DNA of 63,746 bases, the filler included. It is 9 parts of 9 records of this genome, joined end to end, with 100 filler letters (N's around TTAATTAATTAA, not from the genome) between each part and the next. Parts side by side here need not be neighbours in the genome. Positions count along the whole stretch, not along the records: positions 1 to 10,958 come from SRR31156797_15579; positions 11,059 to 21,068 come from SRR31156797_15580; 7 more parts are not named here. One strand, given 5' to 3'. Below are positions 9,407-19,489 of this stretch, one piece after another; within the stretch, counting starts at the first letter, position 1, and each line of letters opens with the position of its first letter. The translations under genes were made by a program, and so were the position numbers. The notes under the pieces are model-generated. The model was not told the origin of the DNA, made no database searches, and saw only the letters and a program-made list of their open reading frames with translations.

Positions 9407-10807
9407 ATGAGTGAGAAAATACAAAATGGCTCAAAATACGAACGTGCATCGATGTGGCAAATGATTCGCTATGGATTTGGTGGAGTAGGCTCGAACTTAG
9501 CATATATGTTTGTCTTGTACTTTGCCGCTACATTCTTTACAGACTATCTTGGAATTACCCCGCTGGCAATGGGAACGCTTTTACTTGTTCCTAGGTTAAT
9601 TGACGCATTTACAGACCCTTTAATGGGAATGTTAGCTGACAGAACAAGAACCAAAATCGGTAAGTTTAGACCATATGTAATATATGGTGCTCCTGTACTA
9701 GGACTGGCAATGACGTTTATGTTTATAGACTGGGGACTAAGCGGTACATCATTACTCGTATTATGCTATATTTTATATATTTTGTATTCATTAGCATCAA
9801 CTATAGTAAATATTCCTTATCATTCATTAACACCTGTAATGACAGAGGATCCTGATCAAAGAACAACAGTTACTATTATTAAGCAGTTGATGGGATTTAT
9901 CGCAGTAATTCCTGTTTTGGTTGTTTTTCCACAGCTTCTTAAAGCATATCCAACAAATCCAAATATATTTGCGTACTTTGCAGCAGGGCTTGCAGTATTA
10001 TTGACAATATCTTTCTGGATATGTGCTAATGGTGCTAAGAAAAAGGATACATTAGAAAGAATTGAAAAGGTAGAAGGTGTACAAGAGAAGAAAAAGAAGA
10101 TTTCTATCGGACAGCAGCTTCAGGTAATATTCAAGAATAAAGCACTGCTAATGCTAATGATAGCATTTGGTACAGATATGATTGCAGCAGGAGCAACAAG
10201 CGGTATAGGTATCTACTATTTCCGTGACGTAGTAGGAAATGTCGGACTGGCAAGTTTAGCTGGTATGCTTCCAATGGCTGCAGGGCTGCCAATATTATTT
10301 TTCCTGCCTGCATTATCAAAAAAATTCGGCAAGAAAAAACTGTTTATATTTGGCTCTGCTTTGCAGATGATAATAGCATTGGTTCTGTTCTTCGTTCCAC
10401 CACATATGACTAATTTAATAATTATTCAAGCTGCTTTAGCTGGATTGTTCCTGCCATTCACTGGTGTTTTAGGCTGGGCTGTTGCAGCTGACTGTGTTGA
10501 ATACGGCGAATGGAAAACAGGCATAAGCGGTGCAGGTACAGTTATGAGTCAGATAACATTTATAAATAAATTCGGCAATGCATTGGGTGGATTCTTATTA
10601 GGCTGGCTGCTTTCTGTAGGTGGATACAATGCAGCACTTGAAATACAGGCTGCAGGCACACAAACTATGATTATCGGAATTAAATCTATACTTCCTGCTC
10701 TCGGATATTTATGTTCTATAATAGCTATGATTTTCTATCCTATAACTCCTGAATTGTTTAAGAAAATAGTAAGAGACAATGAAGAGAGAAGAGCAGCAGA
10801 TAAGTAA
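9407..10807 (+). CDS. Second GPH/MelB-like MFS sugar:cation symporter
   Basis: RLIDAFTDPLMGMLADRTRTKIGKFRPY and ADCVEYGEWKTG signatures. Confidence 0.9.
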   Translation: MSEKIQNGSKYERASMWQMIRYGFGGVGSNLAYMFVLYFAATFFTDYLGITPLAMGTLLLVPRLIDAFTDPLMGMLADRTRTKIGKFRPYVIYGAPVLGLAMTFMFIDWGLSGTSLLVLCYILYILYSLASTIVNIPYHSLTPVMTEDPDQRTTVTIIKQLMGFIAVIPVLVVFPQLLKAYPTNPNIFAYFAAGLAVLLTISFWICANGAKKKDTLERIEKVEGVQEKKKKISIGQQLQVIFKNKALLMLMIAFGTDMIAAGATSGIGIYYFRDVVGNVGLASLAGMLPMAAGLPILFFLPALSKKFGKKKLFIFGSALQMIIALVLFFVPPHMTNLIIIQAALAGLFLPFTGVLGWAVAADCVEYGEWKTGISGAGTVMSQITFINKFGNALGGFLLGWLLSVGGYNAALEIQAAGTQTMIIGIKSILPALGYLCSIIAMIFYPITPELFKKIVRDNEERRAADK

Positions 10808-10848
10808 TTGAAGTGTAAAATAACAGCAATTTGGACTTAACTCTAGAA

Positions 10849-10875
10849 CTGAAAGGCACTTTAAGTGCCTTTCAG
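10849..10875 (+). terminator. Hairpin after the catabolic operon
   Basis: CTGAAAGGCACTT-T-AAGTGCCTTTCAG perfect inverted repeat; no clear U-tract. Confidence 0.6.
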
Positions 10876-10958
10876 AGTGTCGATAAAGTAAAATACGCTT
10901 GAAAATATGACTAATTAATCGGTTCCTCTTGCAATTAGCAAACCACCATTTATCACTA

Positions 10959-11058
10959 NNNNNNNNNNNNNNNNNNNNNNNNNNNNNNNNNNNNNNNNNN
11001 NNTTAATTAATTAANNNNNNNNNNNNNNNNNNNNNNNNNNNNNNNNNNNNNNNNNNNN
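10959..11058. other. Artificial contig linker (also at 21069-21168, 26659-26758, 33857-33956, 39336-39435, 45223-45322, 52665-52764, 57908-58007)
   Basis: 44 N + TTAATTAATTAA (stops in all six frames) + 44 N, repeated eight times; GC and gene content change at each one. Confidence 0.99.
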
Positions 11059-11435
11059 CGCTTCTTGCAATGATGTACCCACGTGGCAAGAACATTACCA
11101 ACCCACATGATCCTGAGCTTATAGGTCATGTTGCCAGAGTCGGTGCAGAACTCGGTGCGGATGTCGTTAAGACACTTTACACCGGCGATATTGACACTTT
11201 CAAAGATGTAGTAGAAGGCTGTCCTGTGCCTATTGTCATTGCAGGAGGACCTAAGACCAACACTGATGAGGAATTCCTGAGGATGATTGAAGGTGCGATA
11301 GATGGTGGTGCAAGGGGCGTAGCCATCGGAAGGAATGTGTTCCAGCATGATGAGCCGACCAAAATTACAAAAGCCATAACAGAGATAGTGCACTACAAAA
11401 AGTCAGTTGAAGAAGCACTGGAAATACTCAAATAA
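11059..11435 (+). CDS. aroA': 2-amino-3,7-dideoxy-D-threo-hept-6-ulosonate (ADH) synthase, DhnA-type class I aldolase (5' truncated)
   Basis: [34 protein letters not shown]; directly upstream of DHQ synthase II. Confidence 0.85.
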
Positions 11436-11469
11436 TAGCAGATCTCCTGTGCTTGCGGACGTGCTCATT

Positions 11470-12612
11470 ATGAATAATAAAATAATCTGGATTAAAGCCG
11501 ATGAAGGCAACTGGGATGAACGCAAGGCTGTAATTACCACCGGAATGGAATCCGGCGTGGATGCCATTATGGTTGATGCTGCAGATCTTGACAAAGTAAA
11601 AGAGCTTGGAAATGTCAAGGTAGCAGCCTTTGCTTCCGGACCGGTTGAAGGTGCAGACATAGTAGTAGTGGGAAAAGCCGGAGAAGGAGATGGAACAAAG
11701 CCATTACCACCTGACTACGGCGGCTCACTTGATATTACTACAGCCCTCCGCCTGAAAGAAAAAGGAGTTAAAGTTGCAGGCTATGTCATCATCCGCAACA
11801 AGGATTATGAGAACTTTGCAGCAGAAATGGGCAGTGTTTGTGATTACCTCATTACCATAGGTACAGACTGGCAGGTCATCCCTCTGGAAAACCTCATTGC
11901 AGGACTCCAGAAAAAGGATGTAAAGCTCATATCCGGTGTCCAGACATCAGAGCAGGCAAAGCTTGCTTTTGAAACTATGGAACACGGTACCGATGGTGTC
12001 ATGCTCGACACAAAGGATCTGAGCCAGATAAAGAAGACCGCAGAGGTCGCAGAAAGTGCAGGTGTCAGCAGCCTTGACATAAAGACAGCTGTAGTCACAA
12101 ATGTCGAGTCTATCGGCATGGGTGACAGGGTCTGTGTGGATACGTGCAACCTCATGGTGAAAGGCGAAGGTATGCTTGTGGGCTCACAGGCAAACGGCAT
12201 GTTCCTCGTGCACTCGGAATCCGAGGAAAGCCCATACGTTGCGTCCCGTCCATTCAGGGTCAACGCTGGTGCAGTACATGCTTACATCAAGGTAGGAGAA
12301 AAGACACGCTACCTTTCCGAACTCAAAGCCGGTGACCAGGTCACGATCGTAGACGGCGACGGAAAACAGAGAACAGGTGTTGTCGGTCGGGTGAAGATAG
12401 AGAGGAGGCCGCTTATCCTTGTTGAAGCAGACTTAGGCGGTAAGATCATCAAGAACATACTACAGAACGCAGAGACCATCAAACTCGTCACCAAGGACAA
12501 GGAACCAATAGCTGTTACAGATGTCAAGATCGGCGACGAGATACTTGTCCACTCAGAAGACATAGGCCGTCACTTCGGAATGAAGATAGAAGAGACCATT
12601 ATCGAGAAGTAA
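11470..12612 (+). CDS. aroB': 3-dehydroquinate synthase II (archaeal type)
   Basis: WQVIPLENLIA, GDRVCVDTC, RPFRVNAGAVHAY, GRHFGM; ATG at 11470. Confidence 0.93.
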   Translation: MNNKIIWIKADEGNWDERKAVITTGMESGVDAIMVDAADLDKVKELGNVKVAAFASGPVEGADIVVVGKAGEGDGTKPLPPDYGGSLDITTALRLKEKGVKVAGYVIIRNKDYENFAAEMGSVCDYLITIGTDWQVIPLENLIAGLQKKDVKLISGVQTSEQAKLAFETMEHGTDGVMLDTKDLSQIKKTAEVAESAGVSSLDIKTAVVTNVESIGMGDRVCVDTCNLMVKGEGMLVGSQANGMFLVHSESEESPYVASRPFRVNAGAVHAYIKVGEKTRYLSELKAGDQVTIVDGDGKQRTGVVGRVKIERRPLILVEADLGGKIIKNILQNAETIKLVTKDKEPIAVTDVKIGDEILVHSEDIGRHFGMKIEETIIEK

Positions 12613-12627
12613 GTCAGAGGCGATCTG

Positions 12628-13332
12628 ATGATAAAGATAGGAAGCTTGGATCTGGATGAGAAACCTGCAATTGTTGCGGTGATTGACGATGATTCGGCAG
12701 AGAACGCAAAAGCTGCGAACTGGCTGGGTGCCAACGTCCTTGAGCTAAGACTTGATCTTCTCAATTTTTCTGACCTCGACGAGGCCAAGAAGACAATTGA
12801 CCGGATCAAAGCGAACACCAGCCTCCCCTGTATTGCAACCAATAGATTACAATCTGACGGCGGCAAATGGGAAGGTTCAGAGGATGACAGAATTGCACTT
12901 CTAATAGAAATCATGCCTTTTGTGGAAGCCGTAGATATAGAGCTCAGCGCAGAGGCAGAGCAGCGCAATAAGGTCATCGAAGCAGCAAAGGCAGCGGGAG
13001 TGACCGTTATTGTGTCTGCCCATGACTTCAATAAGACACCAGCTGTTGAGGAAATGAAGAAGATACTCAACGGCGCACATGAAGCCGGTGGCGATATTGC
13101 AAAACTTGCAGTCATGGCAAAGTCAAAGCAGGATGTTCTGGACGTGTTACAGGCAACTGCAGACATGGAAGAACCAGTATGCACCATCGCAATGGGAGAA
13201 GTCGGCAAGCACAGCCGCATAGTTGCCCCATGCTACGGATCACGCCTCACATACGGAGCGATAGCACAGGCCGTTGCACCCGGACAGATCAAGATACACG
13301 AACTCAAGTCAGCCCTGGAGATACTCTTTTGA
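12628..13332 (+). CDS. aroD: Type I 3-dehydroquinate dehydratase
   Basis: ELRLD, SAHDF-TP, GDIAKLAV, IAMG, APGQ motifs. Confidence 0.93.
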   Translation: MIKIGSLDLDEKPAIVAVIDDDSAENAKAANWLGANVLELRLDLLNFSDLDEAKKTIDRIKANTSLPCIATNRLQSDGGKWEGSEDDRIALLIEIMPFVEAVDIELSAEAEQRNKVIEAAKAAGVTVIVSAHDFNKTPAVEEMKKILNGAHEAGGDIAKLAVMAKSKQDVLDVLQATADMEEPVCTIAMGEVGKHSRIVAPCYGSRLTYGAIAQAVAPGQIKIHELKSALEILF

Positions 13333-14144
13333 GAACAGTTTTTGGCGTGTTCGGCGACCCAATAGCACATTCTAAATCCCCTGACATGCATAATGCAGCT
13401 TTCAGGGAACTTGACATGGAGTGCAGCTACCATGCATTCCAAGTCAGCACGGAAAAACTGAAGGATGCACTCCTTGGAGCTAAAGCCATGGATTTTGGCG
13501 GAGTAAACCTCACGGTCCCGCTGAAACAGGAAGCATTGAAGATAGTTGATGCCGACCCGCTGGCTGCGGGTATCGGTGCAGTGAACACCGTGGACTTCAA
13601 AGATGGCATGATCGGCTACAATACCGACGGGCTTGGAGCTAAACGCAGCCTTGAGGAAAAAGGAGTGAAGATAAAAGGCTCCAATGTACTGATGGTAGGT
13701 GCCGGAGGAGCTGCAAGGGCCATTGCATTCCAGTTAGCAAAAGACGGAGCAGATGTCACCATAGCCAACCGGACAGAGGAGAAAGCTATTGAACTTGCAA
13801 CCGGCGTTTCAGCAGTTGGAAGTTCAAGAGGTTGCGGGCTTGATAACATGAAGCAACTGATAACTGACAGTGACATACTAATCAACTGCACAACCCTCGG
13901 AATGCATCCTAACGTCGAATCTGCAGTAGCAACTGCAGATGACATGCACTCCGACCTTACTGTATTTGACATCGTTTACAACCCTCTGGAAACCACCCTC
14001 CTAAAAGAAGCAAAGAAAGCCGGTGCTAAAGCTGTTACCGGTGAGATGATGCTTGTCTACCAGGGTGCAGAGGCATTTAAGATATGGACAGGTGTTGAAC
14101 CTCCTATCGAAGTTATGAAAAAAGCAGTTCTGGAGGGCTTTTGA
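13329..14144 (+). CDS. aroE: Shikimate dehydrogenase
   Basis: GDPIAHSKSP, NLTVPLK, GAVNT, NTDG, GAGGAARA; TTG start overlapping the aroD stop. Confidence 0.93.
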   Translation: MRTVFGVFGDPIAHSKSPDMHNAAFRELDMECSYHAFQVSTEKLKDALLGAKAMDFGGVNLTVPLKQEALKIVDADPLAAGIGAVNTVDFKDGMIGYNTDGLGAKRSLEEKGVKIKGSNVLMVGAGGAARAIAFQLAKDGADVTIANRTEEKAIELATGVSAVGSSRGCGLDNMKQLITDSDILINCTTLGMHPNVESAVATADDMHSDLTVFDIVYNPLETTLLKEAKKAGAKAVTGEMMLVYQGAEAFKIWTGVEPPIEVMKKAVLEGF

Positions 14145-15463
14145 GTTTGAAGGTCCTTATCATAGGCGGTACCGGGGGAATGGGGCAATGGTTCACCCCC
14201 TTTTTCAAAGAACACGGATATGAGGTTACCGTTTGGGGCAGCAGTGGAAAGGTAGAAGTTGCTGAGCGAATGGAAGTCGAGTTTGCCCATGACCTTGATG
14301 CTGCGATCAGCACCAGCGACATTGTGATAGTAACAGTACCCATCAATATTACCGAGAAAGTAATCAGCGAGACTGCTCCTAAAATGAAGAGTGGAAGCCT
14401 GCTCATGGACTTCACTTCCCTGAAGGTCGGCCCCACGGAAGCCATGAAAAAGTATGCTCCCGAAGATGTGGAGATACTCGGCACCCACCCCATGTTTGGA
14501 CCATCCATACCGAGCCTGCACGGCCAGATATTCATTCTAACACCCATCAATGGACGCTGCGACAACTGGTTCCCCATTATGCGCTCACTTTTTGAAGATA
14601 ACGGTGCACACATCGAAGTTATCAGACCGGCAGAGCACGACAGGTTCGTTTCCGTTGTGCAGGGACTGACCCACTTTGCCTACATCACCATCGGCACGAC
14701 CTTTGACAGCCTTGATTTCAACGTGAACGAATCAAGGAGATTCATGAGCCCGGTCTACGACATCATGCTTGATCTCGTTGGCAGGATAATCGGACAGAAC
14801 CCATATCTCTACGCCTACATCCAGATGGAGAACCCGGAAGTTCTCAAAGTGCATGATGCTTTCATGAATCAATGCAGCGAGATGTCCTCCGTTGTCAGGG
14901 AGAAGGATGTCGAAGCCTTTACTGCAAAAATGAGGGATGCAGCAGTGCATTTTGGCGATACGGCTTCGGCACTGCGCAGGTCTGACAAGCTCATAAACTC
15001 GAAGATAGCCGAGTTTGACAAATTGCTGGCTTCAATTGGTCAGGAAATTGGTGTCAGACACATCTACTCAGGAATTGTCCATACAGGTATTGTTGACAAG
15101 GTGACACCAAGAACCGTTGTTCTGGATGGTGGAAGCAGAATGGTTCCCTTCAAGATCGAGAACATCCGTCTGTTAGATGAAGAGGAACTGCATGAGTGGA
15201 AACTCCAAAACCTCGAACATCATTTAAGAGACATATCAGTGCTGATTCCTGAGGAAGCTGATGCTGATGTAATCATGGAGCTTGTTTCCTTTAATAATGA
15301 CATCGTTTCAATTGAGATAATTGACAGGTATGATGGTATTGAAGGGACCGAGAGGTTGAGCGTGACGTTCCGTGTTATGATAATGGGTGATGTTGAAGCT
15401 GAAAAGGTTCAACTGGAAGTTGAGAGACAACTGACAGGAATTGGTTGTATTGTTAGAGGATAA
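14141..15463 (+). CDS. tyrA: Prephenate dehydrogenase with C-terminal extension
   Basis: IIGGTGGMG, HPMFGP, EHD...VQGLTH; about 150-aa extra C-terminal region. Confidence 0.92.
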   Translation: MSLKVLIIGGTGGMGQWFTPFFKEHGYEVTVWGSSGKVEVAERMEVEFAHDLDAAISTSDIVIVTVPINITEKVISETAPKMKSGSLLMDFTSLKVGPTEAMKKYAPEDVEILGTHPMFGPSIPSLHGQIFILTPINGRCDNWFPIMRSLFEDNGAHIEVIRPAEHDRFVSVVQGLTHFAYITIGTTFDSLDFNVNESRRFMSPVYDIMLDLVGRIIGQNPYLYAYIQMENPEVLKVHDAFMNQCSEMSSVVREKDVEAFTAKMRDAAVHFGDTASALRRSDKLINSKIAEFDKLLASIGQEIGVRHIYSGIVHTGIVDKVTPRTVVLDGGSRMVPFKIENIRLLDEEELHEWKLQNLEHHLRDISVLIPEEADADVIMELVSFNNDIVSIEIIDRYDGIEGTERLSVTFRVMIMGDVEAEKVQLEVERQLTGIGCIVRG

Positions 15464-15505
15464 AATATTTGTTTGAACAATAAACCCAAATGCCTCTACT
15501 TTAGT

Positions 15506-16531
15506 TTATAATTTATTTGAGCAATCTGCGATTAACTTCTGATATGCACGCTCAATTTCCTGATTTTCTACTGTTTTGCGGGAAATATCAAATTTAGCTT
15601 CACCACGATATTCTTTTTCAATAGCATAGCCATTTAGAGATAATTTGCTTGCCAGTTCCTCATAGTATTTTTCCGGGTTTAAGCAGAAATCTTCATAGGG
15701 CACAATCATTTTCTTGTGATCTTCAACGCTTGTCAATCCTTTTTCAACGGCCCTGTTTATACAAAGCACCTGTCCTGCTGCCTGTTCTACAGGATTGGAA
15801 TATTTTTTAAGATCATAATATTCAGGAATTTTAAAAGAGTACCATTCATGCGCACTTCCAAGCTGTCTTTCTCTTGCTTTGAGTACAGATTCAATATTGG
15901 TTAATGGATCCCTTTTTGTGTAAACAAATACACATTTCTCAAAGATTTGATTCAAAAAAGGAATATTGTAATTTAATATCATTGCCTTCAGGGCAAATGG
16001 TTTTTGAAATACTTCCGTAAGGCCACAAAATTCAGCCTTCATGGTTTCTATATCTACCCTGTCGAAGAGTTCACCATCCGGAAGATAATCAATATCTTCA
16101 AAAGGCAAAAACCTTCTCCAAAAATACCAGAATTCATTTGGAGATAATGCTCCTTTGGTTTTTCCGTTTTCAGAGTAAAAGTCTACCGATTGATTAAAAT
16201 CACGTATTTCATCGCGAAAATTGTAGCGTTCATCTGTTAGAAGTTGCTGTATCTTTGCACCGATAATAGGTGCATAATAAAATCTTGAAAGTATGTTAGT
16301 TGGATAGGCAAATTGTCCGGTAGACACAAGCCATTGAATAAAAAGTGTACTGCCGGAACGGAGTGGACCGACTATGAATACAAAAGGAGCACTCTGTTCA
16401 TTTGAAATTGACTGAATTGCCTTATTTTCAGCAGGTTCTAGCAGTATTTCTAATTCAGCAAGAAGACTTTCCAAATATGTGTTGCGGGCAAAATCCTTCT
16501 GCTCTTTTAACTCATTATTGGACTTATTCAT
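15506..16531 (-). CDS. PAPS-dependent sulfotransferase family protein
   Basis: FIVGPLRSGST 5'-PSB-like motif, KRDPL..IES 3'-PB-like motif, VPYEDFCLNPE. Confidence 0.8.
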   Translation of the reverse strand: MNKSNNELKEQKDFARNTYLESLLAELEILLEPAENKAIQSISNEQSAPFVFIVGPLRSGSTLFIQWLVSTGQFAYPTNILSRFYYAPIIGAKIQQLLTDERYNFRDEIRDFNQSVDFYSENGKTKGALSPNEFWYFWRRFLPFEDIDYLPDGELFDRVDIETMKAEFCGLTEVFQKPFALKAMILNYNIPFLNQIFEKCVFVYTKRDPLTNIESVLKARERQLGSAHEWYSFKIPEYYDLKKYSNPVEQAAGQVLCINRAVEKGLTSVEDHKKMIVPYEDFCLNPEKYYEELASKLSLNGYAIEKEYRGEAKFDISRKTVENQEIERAYQKLIADCSNKL

Positions 16532-16640
16532 GAAATCATACCTTTAAACTAATCTTAAATATCCATCAGTATATTCATACAGACTTATAATACTTCGGGT
16601 TTTTCTTTTGAGTTAATATCAGGATCAACATAACAATGGT

Positions 16641-16780
16641 CTATTTCAAACGTCTGTTAATTTCCATAACCTCAACAAAGTGCTGCCTGTCATATACCTT
16701 TCCAGATGCAATTAGGACATACAAAGGAAAAAAGTCACAACTTACACAAACATGGGCCTTTATTCCGGTTATTAACTTTG
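16641..16780 (-). pseudogene. IS5-family transposase remnant
   Basis: GIKAHVCVSCDFFPLYVLIASGKVYDRQHFVEVME resembles the IS5 DDE segment G-K-H--V---G-PL-----GN-HD; no full-length ORF. Confidence 0.55.
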
Positions 16781-17233
16781 GTAGTAAAAACCGTTTGAAA
16801 TATTTCCGTTGTTCATCAAAGAGTCCTACGAACTCCACAAATTACTCCCCATACGGTTATTGTTTGAAGTAATATTTATACTTTTTAAAAGAAGGCTCTG
16901 CAAAAGTCACTGACAGACAAAGAACAATACTACCACCCAGCGCATGCGGCACGTTCCTTCGCTACCATCTTGAAGACTATTGAAATAATGCAGTTGTTTA
17001 AAATTGTTGTGTTAAAAGTTGCAATTAACAGGGTTTATACAGAGATAAAAAGAGCCTAATATTTGATTTAAAATTCATCATTGATGAATAAATATCCATT
17101 TTCAGCATTTAAAGCACCAATTGTTAACAAAACTTTGTTACAGATATTTAGTCAGATAAAAGAGAATCAGATGGAAATAATTTATTCCACCTGTTCCATC
17201 ATTATTAGTTGTTTCAGAATTATGAAGTTAAAG

Positions 17234-17902
17234 TCATACCTTGCTCACAAGGTCTTCCAGTGCAGCCCTAGGATCAGCTGCTTTTACAATACCTGATGCC
17301 AGCAAAACGCCAACTGAACCAAGTTCTAGAGCTGCTGCAAGGTCTTCTCCTTTTGAGATACCTGCACCGCAGAGCACCTGAACTGCCGGGTTTATCTTCT
17401 TGACTGCTTCAACTGAACCTGTGACGACCTCAGGGTCTGCTTTTGATACAGGAATACCGGAGCCGATAAGTTCTGGTGGTTCAACTGCAACATAATCCGG
17501 ACCAAGGGCTGCTGCTGCGGCTGAAGTTGTGATGTTATTGGTGCAGACTATCGTGCTGAGTCCTGCATCCTTTGTGATTGTAATGGAAGCATCGATGTTT
17601 GCAAGGGTCAAGCGGCATTCGGAGTGGTTGATGAGAGTTCCAACTGCACCTGCATCTTTAATTGACTGAACGAATGCATGTCCTGTAAAGCTGCCTGCTC
17701 CAACCGGGTCAAGACTCTGTGAGTAGACCGGCAGGTCCACCTGTGATGCAACGCGGTAGATGTCACAGAACTGTGGTGCAACACCTATCTCGATACCTGA
17801 ATCATCTGCAACTTCCTTACATGCCTGTGCGACCTTTAAGGCGCCTTCACCTGTGCCCTCAAGGTATGTTTTGAGGTTCAGGACAATTAGTGTAGAACTC
17901 AA
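17234..17902 (-). CDS. tpiA: Triosephosphate isomerase (archaeal short type)
   Basis: LNLKTY, LINHSE, AVEPPELIG, LCGAGI, GVLLASG; TTG start at 17902 after GGAGAG. Confidence 0.95.
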   Translation of the reverse strand: MSSTLIVLNLKTYLEGTGEGALKVAQACKEVADDSGIEIGVAPQFCDIYRVASQVDLPVYSQSLDPVGAGSFTGHAFVQSIKDAGAVGTLINHSECRLTLANIDASITITKDAGLSTIVCTNNITTSAAAAALGPDYVAVEPPELIGSGIPVSKADPEVVTGSVEAVKKINPAVQVLCGAGISKGEDLAAALELGSVGVLLASGIVKAADPRAALEDLVSKV

Positions 17903-18080
17903 ATTAAATCTCTCCAATATAAGTATATGAATATCAGTATGCGCATCTTGTACGCAGCAATATAGATGTAACTCCAACTATAAATATAAGCTTGAAAGCT
18001 TGAAGCGTGGAAGAGTCAAAAACCGGAATAGAAATTTGATATTTAGAAAAAAGAAGAAAAGAGTGTGGAATTCCACACGC

Positions 18081-19259
18081 TTAGAAGTCGGTCATAACTC
18101 TGAACTGGTCAATCTCAGGGTTGTTAAGACCTTCAATGAATTTCTCTGCGACCTGCCTTACATCCTTTGCGTTGGTGATTGCTCTTCCAACTACAAGGAC
18201 ATCTGCACCTGCCTTAAGAGCTGCAGGCATTGTGTTGATACGTACACCACCAGCCACTGCCACCAGGATCTTTGGTGAGAGTGCCTTGATGTCGTCGATG
18301 TTGCCCCATGCGTGCTCTGTTTCCTCGATGTCGATTCCACGGTGGAGTTCAACTACATCGGGAAGTACGTCGAGCTGCTTGAGTACTGCTACAGGATCGT
18401 CACAGTTGAGTGTGTCCATGATAGCATAGATACCGGTCTTGTGAGCTTCCTCAATAGCTTTGTTAAGGGTTGCTACAGGTGCGAGAGCGGAAACTACAAT
18501 TGCGTCTGCTGTTGCATCTGCTACCATACGTGCCTCGAGGTTTCCTGTGTCCAGGGTCTTGAGATCAGCAACTATAAATGCATCCGGACGGATCTCTCTG
18601 AGCTTTGTAACAACGTCAACACCATAGCGCTTGATAAGAGGTGTACCTGCTTCAAGGATAACGTGGTCGCTCTTAGGGATCTGTTTGACAATCTCCTGAA
18701 TGACAGGAAGGTTCGGATTGTCAAGTGCAACCTGAAGGTATGGCGGATTCCAGAGTCTGGATACCTTGAATCCCATGATAGCATGGCCCATTCTGTCCTT
18801 CTCCTTAAGGACTGTGTCCATGTCAGGGAAGCCATCTACTGCGCGCTTTACTGCCAACTTTGTAGCTCCGTAGTTGTATCTGTAAATTCTGTTATAGTCA
18901 GTTGCCTCAGGGTGGATGAATACACTTGCAACAACTACAATGTCCTCAACATCCATGTCGCCGAATGCCCCTTCTTCAAGGGCATCTGCAACAGCTTTTG
19001 CAACTGCAGCCTGTGCAGGACCAAAGATCTGTGCAGCCTGGTCCATGTTCTTTACTGTAACCTTTGGCACGATAAGTGTTGCAGGTTTTGTTGGAAGGTT
19101 TGGACGGACAACTGAGAGCAGAGGTGTGTGACCTGCTGAAAGCTGTGTTAAGCCGTTTGCGAATGCCTGACCTACAGGACCGTCTTTGTTTCCGATCATA
19201 AGGTCAACGTGTGCGAGTTCTGGATTCTCGCCGATTAATGCTTCTCCGATTAGTAACAT
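18081..19259 (-). CDS. fae-hps: Bifunctional formaldehyde-activating enzyme / 3-hexulose-6-phosphate synthase
   Basis: N-terminal Fae ([28 protein letters not shown]) fused to Hps (LQVALD, EAGTPL, ADLKTLD, VAGG, VVGRAIT). Confidence 0.95.
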   Translation of the reverse strand: MLLIGEALIGENPELAHVDLMIGNKDGPVGQAFANGLTQLSAGHTPLLSVVRPNLPTKPATLIVPKVTVKNMDQAAQIFGPAQAAVAKAVADALEEGAFGDMDVEDIVVVASVFIHPEATDYNRIYRYNYGATKLAVKRAVDGFPDMDTVLKEKDRMGHAIMGFKVSRLWNPPYLQVALDNPNLPVIQEIVKQIPKSDHVILEAGTPLIKRYGVDVVTKLREIRPDAFIVADLKTLDTGNLEARMVADATADAIVVSALAPVATLNKAIEEAHKTGIYAIMDTLNCDDPVAVLKQLDVLPDVVELHRGIDIEETEHAWGNIDDIKALSPKILVAVAGGVRINTMPAALKAGADVLVVGRAITNAKDVRQVAEKFIEGLNNPEIDQFRVMTDF

Positions 19260-19489
19260 GATTTTCACTCGTGTATATCAAAAATATTAGTTTGCTTATA
19301 GTAGTTCATTAAGTAATTATACTATTTATAACTATGAAATTTGTCGGTTCTCGTGCAAAACCAGCGCTTTATATATTAGACTTATGGCATAGAACACAAG
19401 ATTTGTGCTTTATATAGAATATGGCAATAAATAGTTTGTTGAAACTCGGGTTTTTAGCTTATTGTCCGGGCGTCCTGACATAGAAAGCA

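Noticed and set aside
13179..13328. N-terminal extensions in the ORF track for aroE, aroB', tpiA, metF and the aminotransferase
   Set aside because: Longest-ORF artefacts; downstream starts fit RBS position and family N-termini better.
7985..16531. Sulfatase and sulfotransferase near each other; aromatic biosynthesis genes in contigs 2 and 8
   Set aside because: They lie on different contigs from different organisms, so the proximity is a concatenation artefact.
18063..18078. GTGTGGAATTCCACAC palindrome
   Set aside because: Ordinary hairpin at the 3' end of fae-hps, followed by a T-rich tract on the coding strand.
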